A stretch of DNA of 64,000 bases from Candidatus Nanopelagicales bacterium (lineage in GTDB: Bacteria > Actinomycetota > Actinomycetes > S36-B12 > UBA5976), in the NCBI GenBank assembly GCA_030157865.1, contig JAOATY010000043.1, positions 34,964 to 98,963 on the forward strand, read 5' to 3'. Both the position numbers and the translations under genes were made by a program. This document shows positions 1 through 7,275 of this stretch, in pieces. How positions within the stretch are numbered: the stretch's first letter is position 1; each line of letters opens with the position of its first letter. The notes beneath the pieces were generated by a model, which saw only the letters and a program-made list of their open reading frames with translations, ran no database searches and was not told the DNA's origin.

Positions 1-524
1 ATGATGAAGTGCAAGTTTGAGTGCTTATCAACACGGAATTCGATCTTTCCGCCCTTGATATCTTCAACTGCCTTACCAACGTTAAGAGTTACAGTTCCAG
101 TCTTTGGGTTCGGCATTAGGTTACGTGGACCAAGTACCTTACCTAGACGACCGACCTTACCCATCAAATCTGGGGTTGCTACGACTGCATCAAAATCAGT
201 CCAGCCGCCTTCGATCTTTGTGATTAGGTCATCGACACCGACATAATCGGCGCCAGCAGCGCGAGCTTCGTCAGCCTTTTCACCGGCGGCAATAACCAAG
301 ACGCGTGCGGTCTTGCCAGTTCCGTGTGGAAGGTTAACGGTGCTTCGCACCATCTGATCAGCTTTACGCGGATCCACGCCAAGCAGCATGGCTACTTCAA
401 CGGTCTGGTCAAACTTGGTGCTAGTTGCACCTGCTTTTGCCAAACGGGCTGCGGCTAGTGGGCTGTAAAGATGATCTTTATCAATTGTTGCTACGGACTT
501 GTTGTACGCCTTACCGTGCTTCAT
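1..524 (-). CDS. rplA: 50S ribosomal protein L1, N-terminal ~174 codons (the gene runs off the left edge of the window)
   Basis: Not in the ORF track because it is truncated. ATG at 524-522. My reverse-strand translation starts [44 protein letters not shown], which is L1-like. It lies directly downstream of rplK as in the conserved secE-nusG-rplK-rplA cluster. The + ORF 1..246 is its antisense shadow. Confidence 0.9.
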   Translation of the reverse strand, partial: MKHGKAYNKSVATIDKDHLYSPLAAARLAKAGATSTKFDQTVEVAMLLGVDPRKADQMVRSTVNLPHGTGKTARVLVIAAGEKADEARAAGADYVGVDDLITKIEGGWTDFDAVVATPDLMGKVGRLGKVLGPRNLMPNPKTGTVTLNVGKAVEDIKGGKIEFRVDKHSNLHFI

Positions 525-589
525 GTTTTCTCCTCTTTCATTGGAGTTCGTGGTGCGAGCATGAAGTGCCCTCCCACTGGATTGGTTAA

Positions 590-1018
590 TTAACCGACGG
601 TGATGCCCATTGAGCGAGCAGTACCTTCGATGATCTTCATTGCTGCATTAATGTCATTGGCATTAAGGTCAACCATTTTGGTCTGAGCGATTTCGCGCAC
701 CTGATCCTGGCTGATGTTTGCAACTTTGTTTGTGTGCGGAACGCCTGAACCTTTTTCAATGCCTGCGGCTTTGAGGATCATGCGTGCTGCTGGTGGAGTC
801 TTTGTAATGAAGTCGAAAGTACGGTCTTCGTAAACCGTGATTTCAACTGGAATTACATTTCCACGCTGTGACTCTGTTGCAGCGTTGTACGCCTTGCAGA
901 AGTCCATGATGTTTACACCGTGCTGACCAAGCGCTGGACCAACCGGTGGAGCAGGGTTTGCTTCTCCGGCCTTGATCTGCAACTTGATAAGTCCAGTGAC
1001 CTTTTTCTTTGGGGCCAT
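590..1018 (-). CDS. rplK: 50S ribosomal protein L11
   Basis: 142 aa. [46 protein letters not shown] is the canonical L11 N-terminal domain. Position between nusG and rplA. Confidence 0.97.
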   Translation of the reverse strand: MAPKKKVTGLIKLQIKAGEANPAPPVGPALGQHGVNIMDFCKAYNAATESQRGNVIPVEITVYEDRTFDFITKTPPAARMILKAAGIEKGSGVPHTNKVANISQDQVREIAQTKMVDLNANDINAAMKIIEGTARSMGITVG

Positions 1019-1051
1019 GTCTATCGCGTCCTTTTTCTTTTCGTTGTTTCT

Positions 1052-1951
1052 TTAGTTCTTGTGAATCTGGTTGAAGCCCAGTTCCACAGGAGTTTCACGA
1101 CCGAAGATCTCAACGAGACCTACGACCTTTTGTGCATCCAAGTTGATCTCGGAAATCGTTGCATGCAATGTGGCGAATGGGCCATCAACCACAGTTACGG
1201 AATCGCCAATGTTTAGATCGATGTCGATCTTGGCTCCGCTTGCGGTAGTTCCCTTTTCGCTTGCTGATGCGGCAGCAGCGGTTGCAACCGATGCGATTGC
1301 CTTCTGCTGAGTTGGGCGAAGCATGTCGAAAGCTTCGTCAATTGAAAGTGGTGCTGGGTTATGACCCTGGCCAACGAATCCAGTTACACCTGGTGTGTGG
1401 CGAACAACGCCCCATGATTCATCAGTTAGATCCATGCGAACCAAAACATATCCTGGGAACTTGTTGCGCTTTACTTGCTTGCGAACACCGTTCTTGATTT
1501 CGGTTACTTCTTCGGAAGGAACATTTACTTCGTAAATGTAATCTTCCATGTTTAGTGAAACCGCGCGGGTTTCTAAGTTTTGCTTAACGCGGTTTTCAAA
1601 ACCTGCGTATGAGTGAATTACGTACCATTCACCAATTTGTGATTCCAAGCGAGCACGGAAGGCAACTACTGGATCTTCGTCTTCATCAGCTGATGCTTCT
1701 TCAGATACAGCGGCCTCAACTGGTGCTTCTTCTGGCTCAAGTTCAGCTTCGACAACTGCCGATAGATCAAAGTTTTCTTCAGCTGAAGTTGTTGAAACTT
1801 CGCCGTCTAGGTCAACATCAGTTGCGCCATCGTAGACAACGTCGGTTGCTTCGATCGCTTCTTCATTAGAAGTTGGCATGTCAACGGCAACTGATGACGA
1901 AGCGTCATCTGCCTGTGGAGCTACAGCTTCTAAGAACGGTGATTCAGACAC
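1052..1951 (-). CDS. nusG: Transcription termination/antitermination factor NusG with an acidic N-terminal extension
   Basis: The C-terminal ~190 aa carry NGN ([19 protein letters not shown]) and KOW ([21 protein letters not shown]) signatures. The first ~110 aa are D/E/A/V-rich low complexity, as is common in actinobacterial NusG. Confidence 0.93.
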   Translation of the reverse strand: MSESPFLEAVAPQADDASSSVAVDMPTSNEEAIEATDVVYDGATDVDLDGEVSTTSAEENFDLSAVVEAELEPEEAPVEAAVSEEASADEDEDPVVAFRARLESQIGEWYVIHSYAGFENRVKQNLETRAVSLNMEDYIYEVNVPSEEVTEIKNGVRKQVKRNKFPGYVLVRMDLTDESWGVVRHTPGVTGFVGQGHNPAPLSIDEAFDMLRPTQQKAIASVATAAAASASEKGTTASGAKIDIDLNIGDSVTVVDGPFATLHATISEINLDAQKVVGLVEIFGRETPVELGFNQIHKN

Positions 1952-1972
1952 GTTTATTTCCTTACCTAACGA

Positions 1973-2221
1973 CTAACCGAAAACAAGTAGAACTAGTTTG
2001 ACGAATGCAAAATCAAGCGCAGCAATGATTAATCCCATGATGATTACGAAAACAACTACAACAGCTGTGTAGGTGACAAGTTGTTCTTTGGTTGGCCAAA
2101 CAACTTTCTTTAATTCGAACATCACTTGGCGCAAGAAAAGTGACATGCGACCGAACAATCCAAGACGCTCAGTACTGTTAACGCTCACTGTCTTTCCTTT
2201 CTTCGCCGGAACTTTCTTCAC
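1973..2221 (-). CDS. secE: Preprotein translocase subunit SecE
   Basis: 82 aa with a basic N-terminus and one C-terminal TM helix. Motif FLRQVMFELKKVVWPTKEQL. GTG start. Classic tRNA-Trp/secE/nusG order. Confidence 0.85.
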   Translation of the reverse strand: MKKVPAKKGKTVSVNSTERLGLFGRMSLFLRQVMFELKKVVWPTKEQLVTYTAVVVVFVIIMGLIIAALDFAFVKLVLLVFG

Positions 2222-2250
2222 TTACGAAATCTTCTTATTACTTCTTGCAG

Positions 2251-2323
2251 CAGGGCCGGAGGGACTTGAACCCCCAACCACCGGTTTTGGAGACCGGTGC
2301 TCTACCAATTGAGCCACGACCCT
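2251..2323 (-). tRNA. tRNA-Trp (anticodon CCA)
   Basis: The reverse strand reads AGGGTCGTGGCTCAATTGGTAGAGCACCGGTCTCCAAAACCGGTGGTTGGGGGTTCAAGTCCCTCCGGCCCTG. Cloverleaf with 7-bp acceptor stem, anticodon loop CTCCAAA and T-loop GGTTCAAGTCC. CCA is not encoded. Confidence 0.9.
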
Positions 2324-2489
2324 CTGGCACAATTTCCAACCGCACTCGCCTACCTATTTCTAGGCATGCTTGCGCAGACTAAGAATTGTGTCGGTGAGTC
2401 AAGTCTAGACCCATTTTTGGAGGAGCAAAAACCACAGATTTACCGCCCCGGTAATGCTAATTCCCAATAAGTAGGCAATACTTGACCGC

Positions 2490-3686
2490 GTGAACAAACC
2501 TAGAGTTTCCGCCCGAATTGGGGCTATTGCAGAGTCCGCGACCTTAGCTGTTGACGCCAAAGCTAAGGCATTAAAGGCAGCCGGCCGGCCAGTTATTGGC
2601 TTTGGTGCTGGTGAGCCAGATTTCCCAACTCCGGACTACATAGTTGAGGCCGCAGTTGCTGCTTGCCGCGATCCAAAGTGGCATCGCTACACCCCAGCCG
2701 GCGGTTTACCAGAACTAAAGTCAGCAATTGCAGCCAAGACGCTTCGCGATTCTGGCTTTGTTGTTGATCCAAACCAAGTTCTAATCACCAATGGTGGAAA
2801 GCAAGCTCTCTACAACGCATTCGCTGCATTGCTAGATCCAGGCGACGAAGTGTTGCTTCCTGCTCCGTACTGGACGACATATCCAGAATCGATTCGTTTA
2901 GCTGGTGGTGTTCCAGTTGAAATCATGACTGATGAATCAACTGGCTACCGCACTTCAATTGCTCAGCTTGAAAAAGCAATCACTCCAAAAACCAAAGCGC
3001 TTGTTTTTGTATCACCAAGTAATCCAACTGGCGCGGTTTACTCCCCTGCTGAAGTTGAAGCTATCGGTCAATGGGCCGTTGAAAAAGGCATCTGGGTTGT
3101 AACCGACGAAATCTACGAACACTTGGTTTACGGTGACGCAGAGTTTTCATCCATGCCAGTTTTGGTTCCAGAGTTAGCCGACAAGTGCATTGTTGTTAAC
3201 GGAGTTGCAAAAACATATGCAATGACTGGCTGGCGTGTGGGCTGGATGATCGGACCTAACGACATTGTTAAGGCTGCAACTAACTTGCAGTCACATGCAA
3301 CCTCCAACGTTGCGAACGTTTCACAGATTGCTGCACTTGCTGCAGTATCTGGAGATCTTTCGGCAGTTGACGAAATGAAGGTTGCATTTGATCGTCGTCG
3401 TCAGTTGATCACCAAGATGCTTAATGAAATTGAAGGCGTTAATTGCCCTGAACCTGAAGGTGCGTTCTACGTTTATCCATCAGTTAAGAATCTTTTGGGT
3501 CGAGAAATTCGTGGCAAGGTTCCTACAACTTCTGCTGAGCTTTCAGCATTGATCCTGGATGAAGTAGAAGTTGCAGTTGTTCCAGGCGAAGCTTTTGGCA
3601 CACCTGGTTACATTCGACTTTCCTACGCACTAGGTGATGACGACTTAATTGAAGGCATCTCAAGAGTTCAGGACTTGCTGAAGTAG
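2490..3686 (+). CDS. Class I PLP-dependent aminotransferase (aspartate aminotransferase-like)
   Basis: 398 aa, GTG start. Motifs [15 protein letters not shown] and [13 protein letters not shown] (PLP-lysine context) are typical of AspC/AspB-type enzymes. Confidence 0.9.
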   Translation: MNKPRVSARIGAIAESATLAVDAKAKALKAAGRPVIGFGAGEPDFPTPDYIVEAAVAACRDPKWHRYTPAGGLPELKSAIAAKTLRDSGFVVDPNQVLITNGGKQALYNAFAALLDPGDEVLLPAPYWTTYPESIRLAGGVPVEIMTDESTGYRTSIAQLEKAITPKTKALVFVSPSNPTGAVYSPAEVEAIGQWAVEKGIWVVTDEIYEHLVYGDAEFSSMPVLVPELADKCIVVNGVAKTYAMTGWRVGWMIGPNDIVKAATNLQSHATSNVANVSQIAALAAVSGDLSAVDEMKVAFDRRRQLITKMLNEIEGVNCPEPEGAFYVYPSVKNLLGREIRGKVPTTSAELSALILDEVEVAVVPGEAFGTPGYIRLSYALGDDDLIEGISRVQDLLK

Positions 3687-3693
3687 AAGTTTT

Positions 3694-4920
3694 CTACGCA
3701 GCACGTTTAAACAAACTCCGCATCGGCTTTGATCGAAGCGGAGTTTTGTTTTGCAATTCAACGCTTTGATAAATCTGCTTTGCTATCGCTTCGAATTCTT
3801 TGGCAATTGCATGTTTAGGTTCTAAATGACTAACGGTGGTACTGCTTTGCAACGACTTCCTGGTTGCTTCAAAATCGTAAGCCGCTTCAAATATTGATTC
3901 GATTCCTGTGTGACGACTTACGGCGGCTCTAATGTCTTTACTTTGCGACTCGCTTGTTACTCCCCAAAGCAATACATGAACTTCAGAGTCGGCAAACATT
4001 TCGTGAAACTCTAAATAGCCACGTACCAACCTGGCAATCCCAACGCTGTCAGCTCTGGCGCAAAGCAATGTAACTTTTGCTACCTCAAGCGCAGTCAGCG
4101 ATGCAGCATGGCGACGAGGTAAAGACGTTTCATGCATCAGGCTGTGGTCAACTTCCAAGACTGCTCCGACGTCAGTAATCACAACATCAAACGCGTCCCT
4201 GGAATTCTTCCAAACATCCCTAAGTGTTGATACTCGCAAATCTGTCCATCGAGATACTCGCGGTAAACCTGCAACCAGCGAGAGGTTTTCCGAAACTTGA
4301 GGAAGCAGGTTGAAGTGAGTTTGAATATCAGAATTCTTTCGCTCGATCGATCGACATAACTCAAGTAACCCATTTTGATTCGGTTCGAACCCAAGTTCTT
4401 GATCAAGTGATGGCCCGTAAGTATCAGCATCGATCATGCAAGTTCTTGTGCCCAGTTTTGAAAGCTGCCAGCCAAGTTCTTTAACAGCAGTCGTTCTGCC
4501 ACAGGCTCCACCAAACCCAGCAACCGCGATCAGTAATCCGTTCGGCTCAGAAGATTGCTCGGTTACTTGAGTCTCCCCGCGCATAATCTCTGATACTTGC
4601 TTGATTCCAGAGAGCGGATTGCTTAAGTCCAGATCAATGCAATGTGTTGCCCCGAGATCTTCCCAGTACTCAGCATTACTTGTGATTGCTATTAACTTGA
4701 TGTTGTTTTCAGCTAACTCGGCAATTAAATCTTGGTTGATTCGAGGAGTTGCATCCGAAACTAAAACTCCTTGGCAATCTGCAACTTGCACTGCAGCCCG
4801 CACATCAACGCCATCAACACAACGGCGCTGCACTTGTAATCCAAACATCGGATGACCAAGCCCACTTACAAATTGGGCTTCCCAATCCACTACTCCTAGT
4901 GCGGCTATCAAACTCTTCAT
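3694..4920 (-). CDS. CpaE/Ssd-like MinD/ParA-superfamily protein with a degenerate (lysine-less) Walker A and a receiver-like N-terminal domain
   Basis: 408 aa. The core LLIAVAGFGGACGRTTAVKELGWQLSKLGTRTCMIDADTYGPSLDQ has the MinD/ParA layout, but AGFGGACGRTT replaces KGGxGK[ST]. The ATG overlaps the stop of the upstream SAF gene (ATGA at 4917-4920). Confidence 0.6.
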   Translation of the reverse strand: MKSLIAALGVVDWEAQFVSGLGHPMFGLQVQRRCVDGVDVRAAVQVADCQGVLVSDATPRINQDLIAELAENNIKLIAITSNAEYWEDLGATHCIDLDLSNPLSGIKQVSEIMRGETQVTEQSSEPNGLLIAVAGFGGACGRTTAVKELGWQLSKLGTRTCMIDADTYGPSLDQELGFEPNQNGLLELCRSIERKNSDIQTHFNLLPQVSENLSLVAGLPRVSRWTDLRVSTLRDVWKNSRDAFDVVITDVGAVLEVDHSLMHETSLPRRHAASLTALEVAKVTLLCARADSVGIARLVRGYLEFHEMFADSEVHVLLWGVTSESQSKDIRAAVSRHTGIESIFEAAYDFEATRKSLQSSTTVSHLEPKHAIAKEFEAIAKQIYQSVELQNKTPLRSKPMRSLFKRAA

Positions 4921-5567
4921 AGTTCGTTTCCTGTGACTGGGATTGCAACCAGATCAATCAGGCCATCTCGCATTGCTTGTACTAAGACCTGAACTTGCTC
5001 TTCGGAAATCAACAACGTGACTGAAGTATCCATTCCCGCATCAACAAATTCCGGTGCAGCATGAATCACTGCATTCGGAATTATCAGTGCAGCAGGTCCC
5101 GGTAGCGCAACGCCATCAAGACTCGGCGTCATCCAGACATCGACTTTTTCGCCAGGATTTACTTGGGGTAAATGGCCAGCGCGAATCGGAACACTGACTG
5201 TGCGAACATCTGGTGCAAAACCGTTTGAGATCGATTGGACATTGACTAAGTCACCGATGAACAAATCTGTCGTGGCAACTTTTCCAACTACTTCACTTGG
5301 GACGGCTATCAAATTCTCAACGTTTGGAACTGACACCTGAACTGAGCTGATGTCACTTTCGCGAATCACAGAACCGGCTGCGATGTTTGAATTCAGTGCT
5401 ACCGCTGTAACACGAGCAGATGCTTTTGTAATGACTAACTGCCCAATAACCATGGCAGCAAGAATGAAAAGGATTCCAAACCAAAGTCTTGGATCCTGAG
5501 TTTTTCGATTCGGATTTACATTTGCTTTAGCTGGCCCAACCTGACCAACACGAATTGGAATTGCCAT
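4917..5567 (-). CDS. SAF-domain, CpaB/RcpC-like membrane-anchored protein
   Basis: 216 aa. One N-terminal TM helix (LWFGILFILAAMVIGQLVI) followed by a SAF-like beta region (VTAVALNSNIAAGSVIRESDI...GKVATTDLFIGDLV). SD GGGGGAAC lies upstream of the ATG. Confidence 0.6.
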   Translation of the reverse strand: MAIPIRVGQVGPAKANVNPNRKTQDPRLWFGILFILAAMVIGQLVITKASARVTAVALNSNIAAGSVIRESDISSVQVSVPNVENLIAVPSEVVGKVATTDLFIGDLVNVQSISNGFAPDVRTVSVPIRAGHLPQVNPGEKVDVWMTPSLDGVALPGPAALIIPNAVIHAAPEFVDAGMDTSVTLLISEEQVQVLVQAMRDGLIDLVAIPVTGNEL

Positions 5568-5683
5568 TAAGTTCCCCCAAACTTTTTCTAATAATCACAC
5601 AATTAGTTTTCGTATTCACATCTACTTCTTGCAGGTGTGGAAAACTTTTTCCTTCATTTTTGTAAACCAGCAAGGATGTAAAC

Positions 5684-5893
5684 ATGCCGGCAAGATTCTT
5701 AACGCTTAGCGATGTGTCGGAGCTTTTGAATATCGCACCAGCGCAGGTCTACACGTTGGTACGCACAGGTGAACTACCAGCAATCAAGATTGGTGCTCGT
5801 GGTCAATGGCGAGTTGAAGATAAAGCTTTAGAAAACTACATCGCAAGGCTTTACTCATCGACTGCGGAATTTGTCGCCCAAAATCCTCGATAA
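5684..5893 (+). CDS. Excisionase-family helix-turn-helix DNA-binding protein
   Basis: 69 aa. LTLSDVSELLNIAPAQVYTLVRTGELPAIKIGARGQWRV matches the excisionase/MerR-like winged-HTH pattern (GxLPaxKiGxxWR). Confidence 0.7.
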   Translation: MPARFLTLSDVSELLNIAPAQVYTLVRTGELPAIKIGARGQWRVEDKALENYIARLYSSTAEFVAQNPR

Positions 5894-5897
5894 GAAA

Positions 5898-6455
5898 TCA
5901 ACTCGATTTAAGTGTTCTTCCTGAAACGATAGATCGTTTTGGAATCGTAAATGTTTTAGAACTTGTTTCAATATCTATCGAATCAAATCCAGATCTCACA
6001 CATGCGCCTTCAATAACTTGATCACCTTTTAGGTACCAAGTACTCATAAGTTTCTGATCGGCCAAATCATGAAACCAAACATTGTCTAACCAGTTGATGA
6101 CATCAGGCTTGGTATTTGTTTGCGAACGTTCACTCAGACCGGCAATAGCGCAAACGCATTCGAGATTAACTAAGAATTGAGCGGTTTCGTTTTCCAGAAT
6201 TAAGAATGGGTCAGCTATATGTTTTACTTCGCCAAACGCAAAAGGAAGCTGGATGTGGGTTAGCCGAAGCTCAACCGAGCCTGAAGTATTTCTAAGTCGG
6301 TCTAGCCAGGAGGTATGTGCCTGTTCGAATCGAACGGTTTCCAAGACTTCATAAGCCAGATCCAGCCTCTGCTCTGACTCAACCTCTTCAGCCGCCTGAA
6401 GTAAGACTCGATTTAGTTCAGCAATTAGCGATGATTCGAACTCGGCATTTTCCAT
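5898..6455 (-). CDS. Hypothetical protein (no family recognised)
   Basis: 185-aa ORF that fills the gap without overlaps. Acidic helical N-terminus, no TM helix or signal peptide. I recognise no motif. Confidence 0.5.
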   Translation of the reverse strand: MENAEFESSLIAELNRVLLQAAEEVESEQRLDLAYEVLETVRFEQAHTSWLDRLRNTSGSVELRLTHIQLPFAFGEVKHIADPFLILENETAQFLVNLECVCAIAGLSERSQTNTKPDVINWLDNVWFHDLADQKLMSTWYLKGDQVIEGACVRSGFDSIDIETSSKTFTIPKRSIVSGRTLKSS

Positions 6456-6504
6456 TTTGATATCTCACCCGAAACCCGATCTCAGCAATGGGAAATCTAA
6501 GGGG

Positions 6505-6663
6505 CTGTGGATAACCAAATCGAGATATCCACAGATTCACCTGAATTCAGCTGCAGGTATTGACAGTTAATTAAAGGGAAATTAGAAAGTTTGTACTGGA
6601 GTTTTTCGGGGAATAAAAACTCCAAGCAGCACTTGCAGGCACATGCAAGGTTTGCAAGTGCTG
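6505..6663. promoter_or_regulatory. Hairpin-dense divergent intergenic region (candidate structured leader, sRNA or operator cluster)
   Basis: Three perfect inverted repeats: CTGTGGATA/TATCCACAG (6505-6513 / 6526-6534), GGAGTTTTT/AAAAACTCC (6598-6606 / 6615-6623) and CAGCACTTGCA/TGCAAGTGCTG (6627-6637 / 6653-6663). There is also ACCTG..CAGGT (6539-6558). Confidence 0.4.
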
Positions 6664-6691
6664 TGATTGCTAAACGTTTCGGGGGGAAACA

Positions 6692-7222
6692 ATGAATGCA
6701 ATTATCTATGCGCTGCCAGCGCCAGGAGCTCGTCAATACAAGCCAGGTAACATCATCAATTTGCCGGTGCGAACTAAACATGGCTTACAAGAAACCTTGC
6801 CATTTGAATGGCCAACTGACGGTGCAAATGCAATTAAGTATGTGCCACCGCGAATGGCAGAAAATCGTCCAGACAGCTTTGATCCGCAAGCAACATCCAG
6901 GGTCGACTTACCATCTGCCCGACAGTGGTCAATGCGTCTGGTTCATGCCTTAGTTGAAGTGGTGAATGGATCTCGCCCAGCTGCTCAACTCAATCGCTGG
7001 ATAACACCTGAGGTTATGAGTCAGTTGCAAAATCAAATCGCCCGAAACAAGCTGCCTCGACTAGGAGTTCGTAGCATTCATGTTCACGAAACCGATGACG
7101 GTGTTGCCGAAGTAAGCAGTGTGTTTGGAACACCTAATCGGTCGTTCGCGTTAGCTCTTCGGCTTGAAGGACTAGACGGCAGATGGCGTGCAACAAGTTT
7201 GATGTGGGCACTGCCGGAGTAG
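6692..7222 (+). CDS. Rv3235-family protein (DUF6459-like), conserved secA neighbour
   Basis: 176 aa. ARQWSMRLVHALVEVVNGSRPAAQLNRWITPEV matches the remembered Rv3235-family core (LxEVLxGxRPxxQL). SD GGGGGGA upstream. Adjacent and convergent to secA. Confidence 0.65.
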   Translation: MNAIIYALPAPGARQYKPGNIINLPVRTKHGLQETLPFEWPTDGANAIKYVPPRMAENRPDSFDPQATSRVDLPSARQWSMRLVHALVEVVNGSRPAAQLNRWITPEVMSQLQNQIARNKLPRLGVRSIHVHETDDGVAEVSSVFGTPNRSFALALRLEGLDGRWRATSLMWALPE

Positions 7223-7259
7223 TTTCGGCACAGTAAATGCTGCCGGAGTAGTTTCGGCA
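7211..7259. repeat. Direct duplication of a 20-bp hairpin-containing unit at the convergent gene junction
   Basis: CTGCCGGAGTAGTTTCGGCA occurs at 7211-7230 and 7240-7259. Each copy contains TGCCG..CGGCA. The first copy includes the last codons and the TAG stop of the Rv3235-family gene. Confidence 0.8.
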
Positions 7260-7275
7260 GTACTTAAATCGCTAA

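Noticed and set aside
1-246. 81-aa + strand ORF at the left edge
   Set aside because: It lies antisense to the clearly recognisable rplA coding sequence (minus strand, start at 524). It is a shadow ORF.
1609-1951. Acidic low-complexity N-terminal third of NusG as a possible separate gene or novelty
   Set aside because: It is in frame and continuous with the NGN domain. Acidic N-terminal extensions are a known feature of actinobacterial NusG.
2251-5893. tRNA-Trp plus the excisionase-family HTH as hallmarks of an integrated element
   Set aside because: No integrase or recombinase, and no direct repeat of the tRNA 3' end that I could see. The intervening genes (aminotransferase, Ssd-like, SAF) are chromosomal in character.
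6506-6534. Perfect DnaA-box 9-mer (TGTGGATAA = TTATCCACA) plus an 8/9 inverted partner, and another perfect box at 55769-55777, as a possible replication origin or DnaA regulatory site
   Set aside because: Only two or three boxes, with no dnaA/dnaN context and no AT-rich unwinding element. A given 9-mer is expected about 0.5 times by chance in 64 kb on both strands. The pair at 6505-6534 is better explained as a hairpin.
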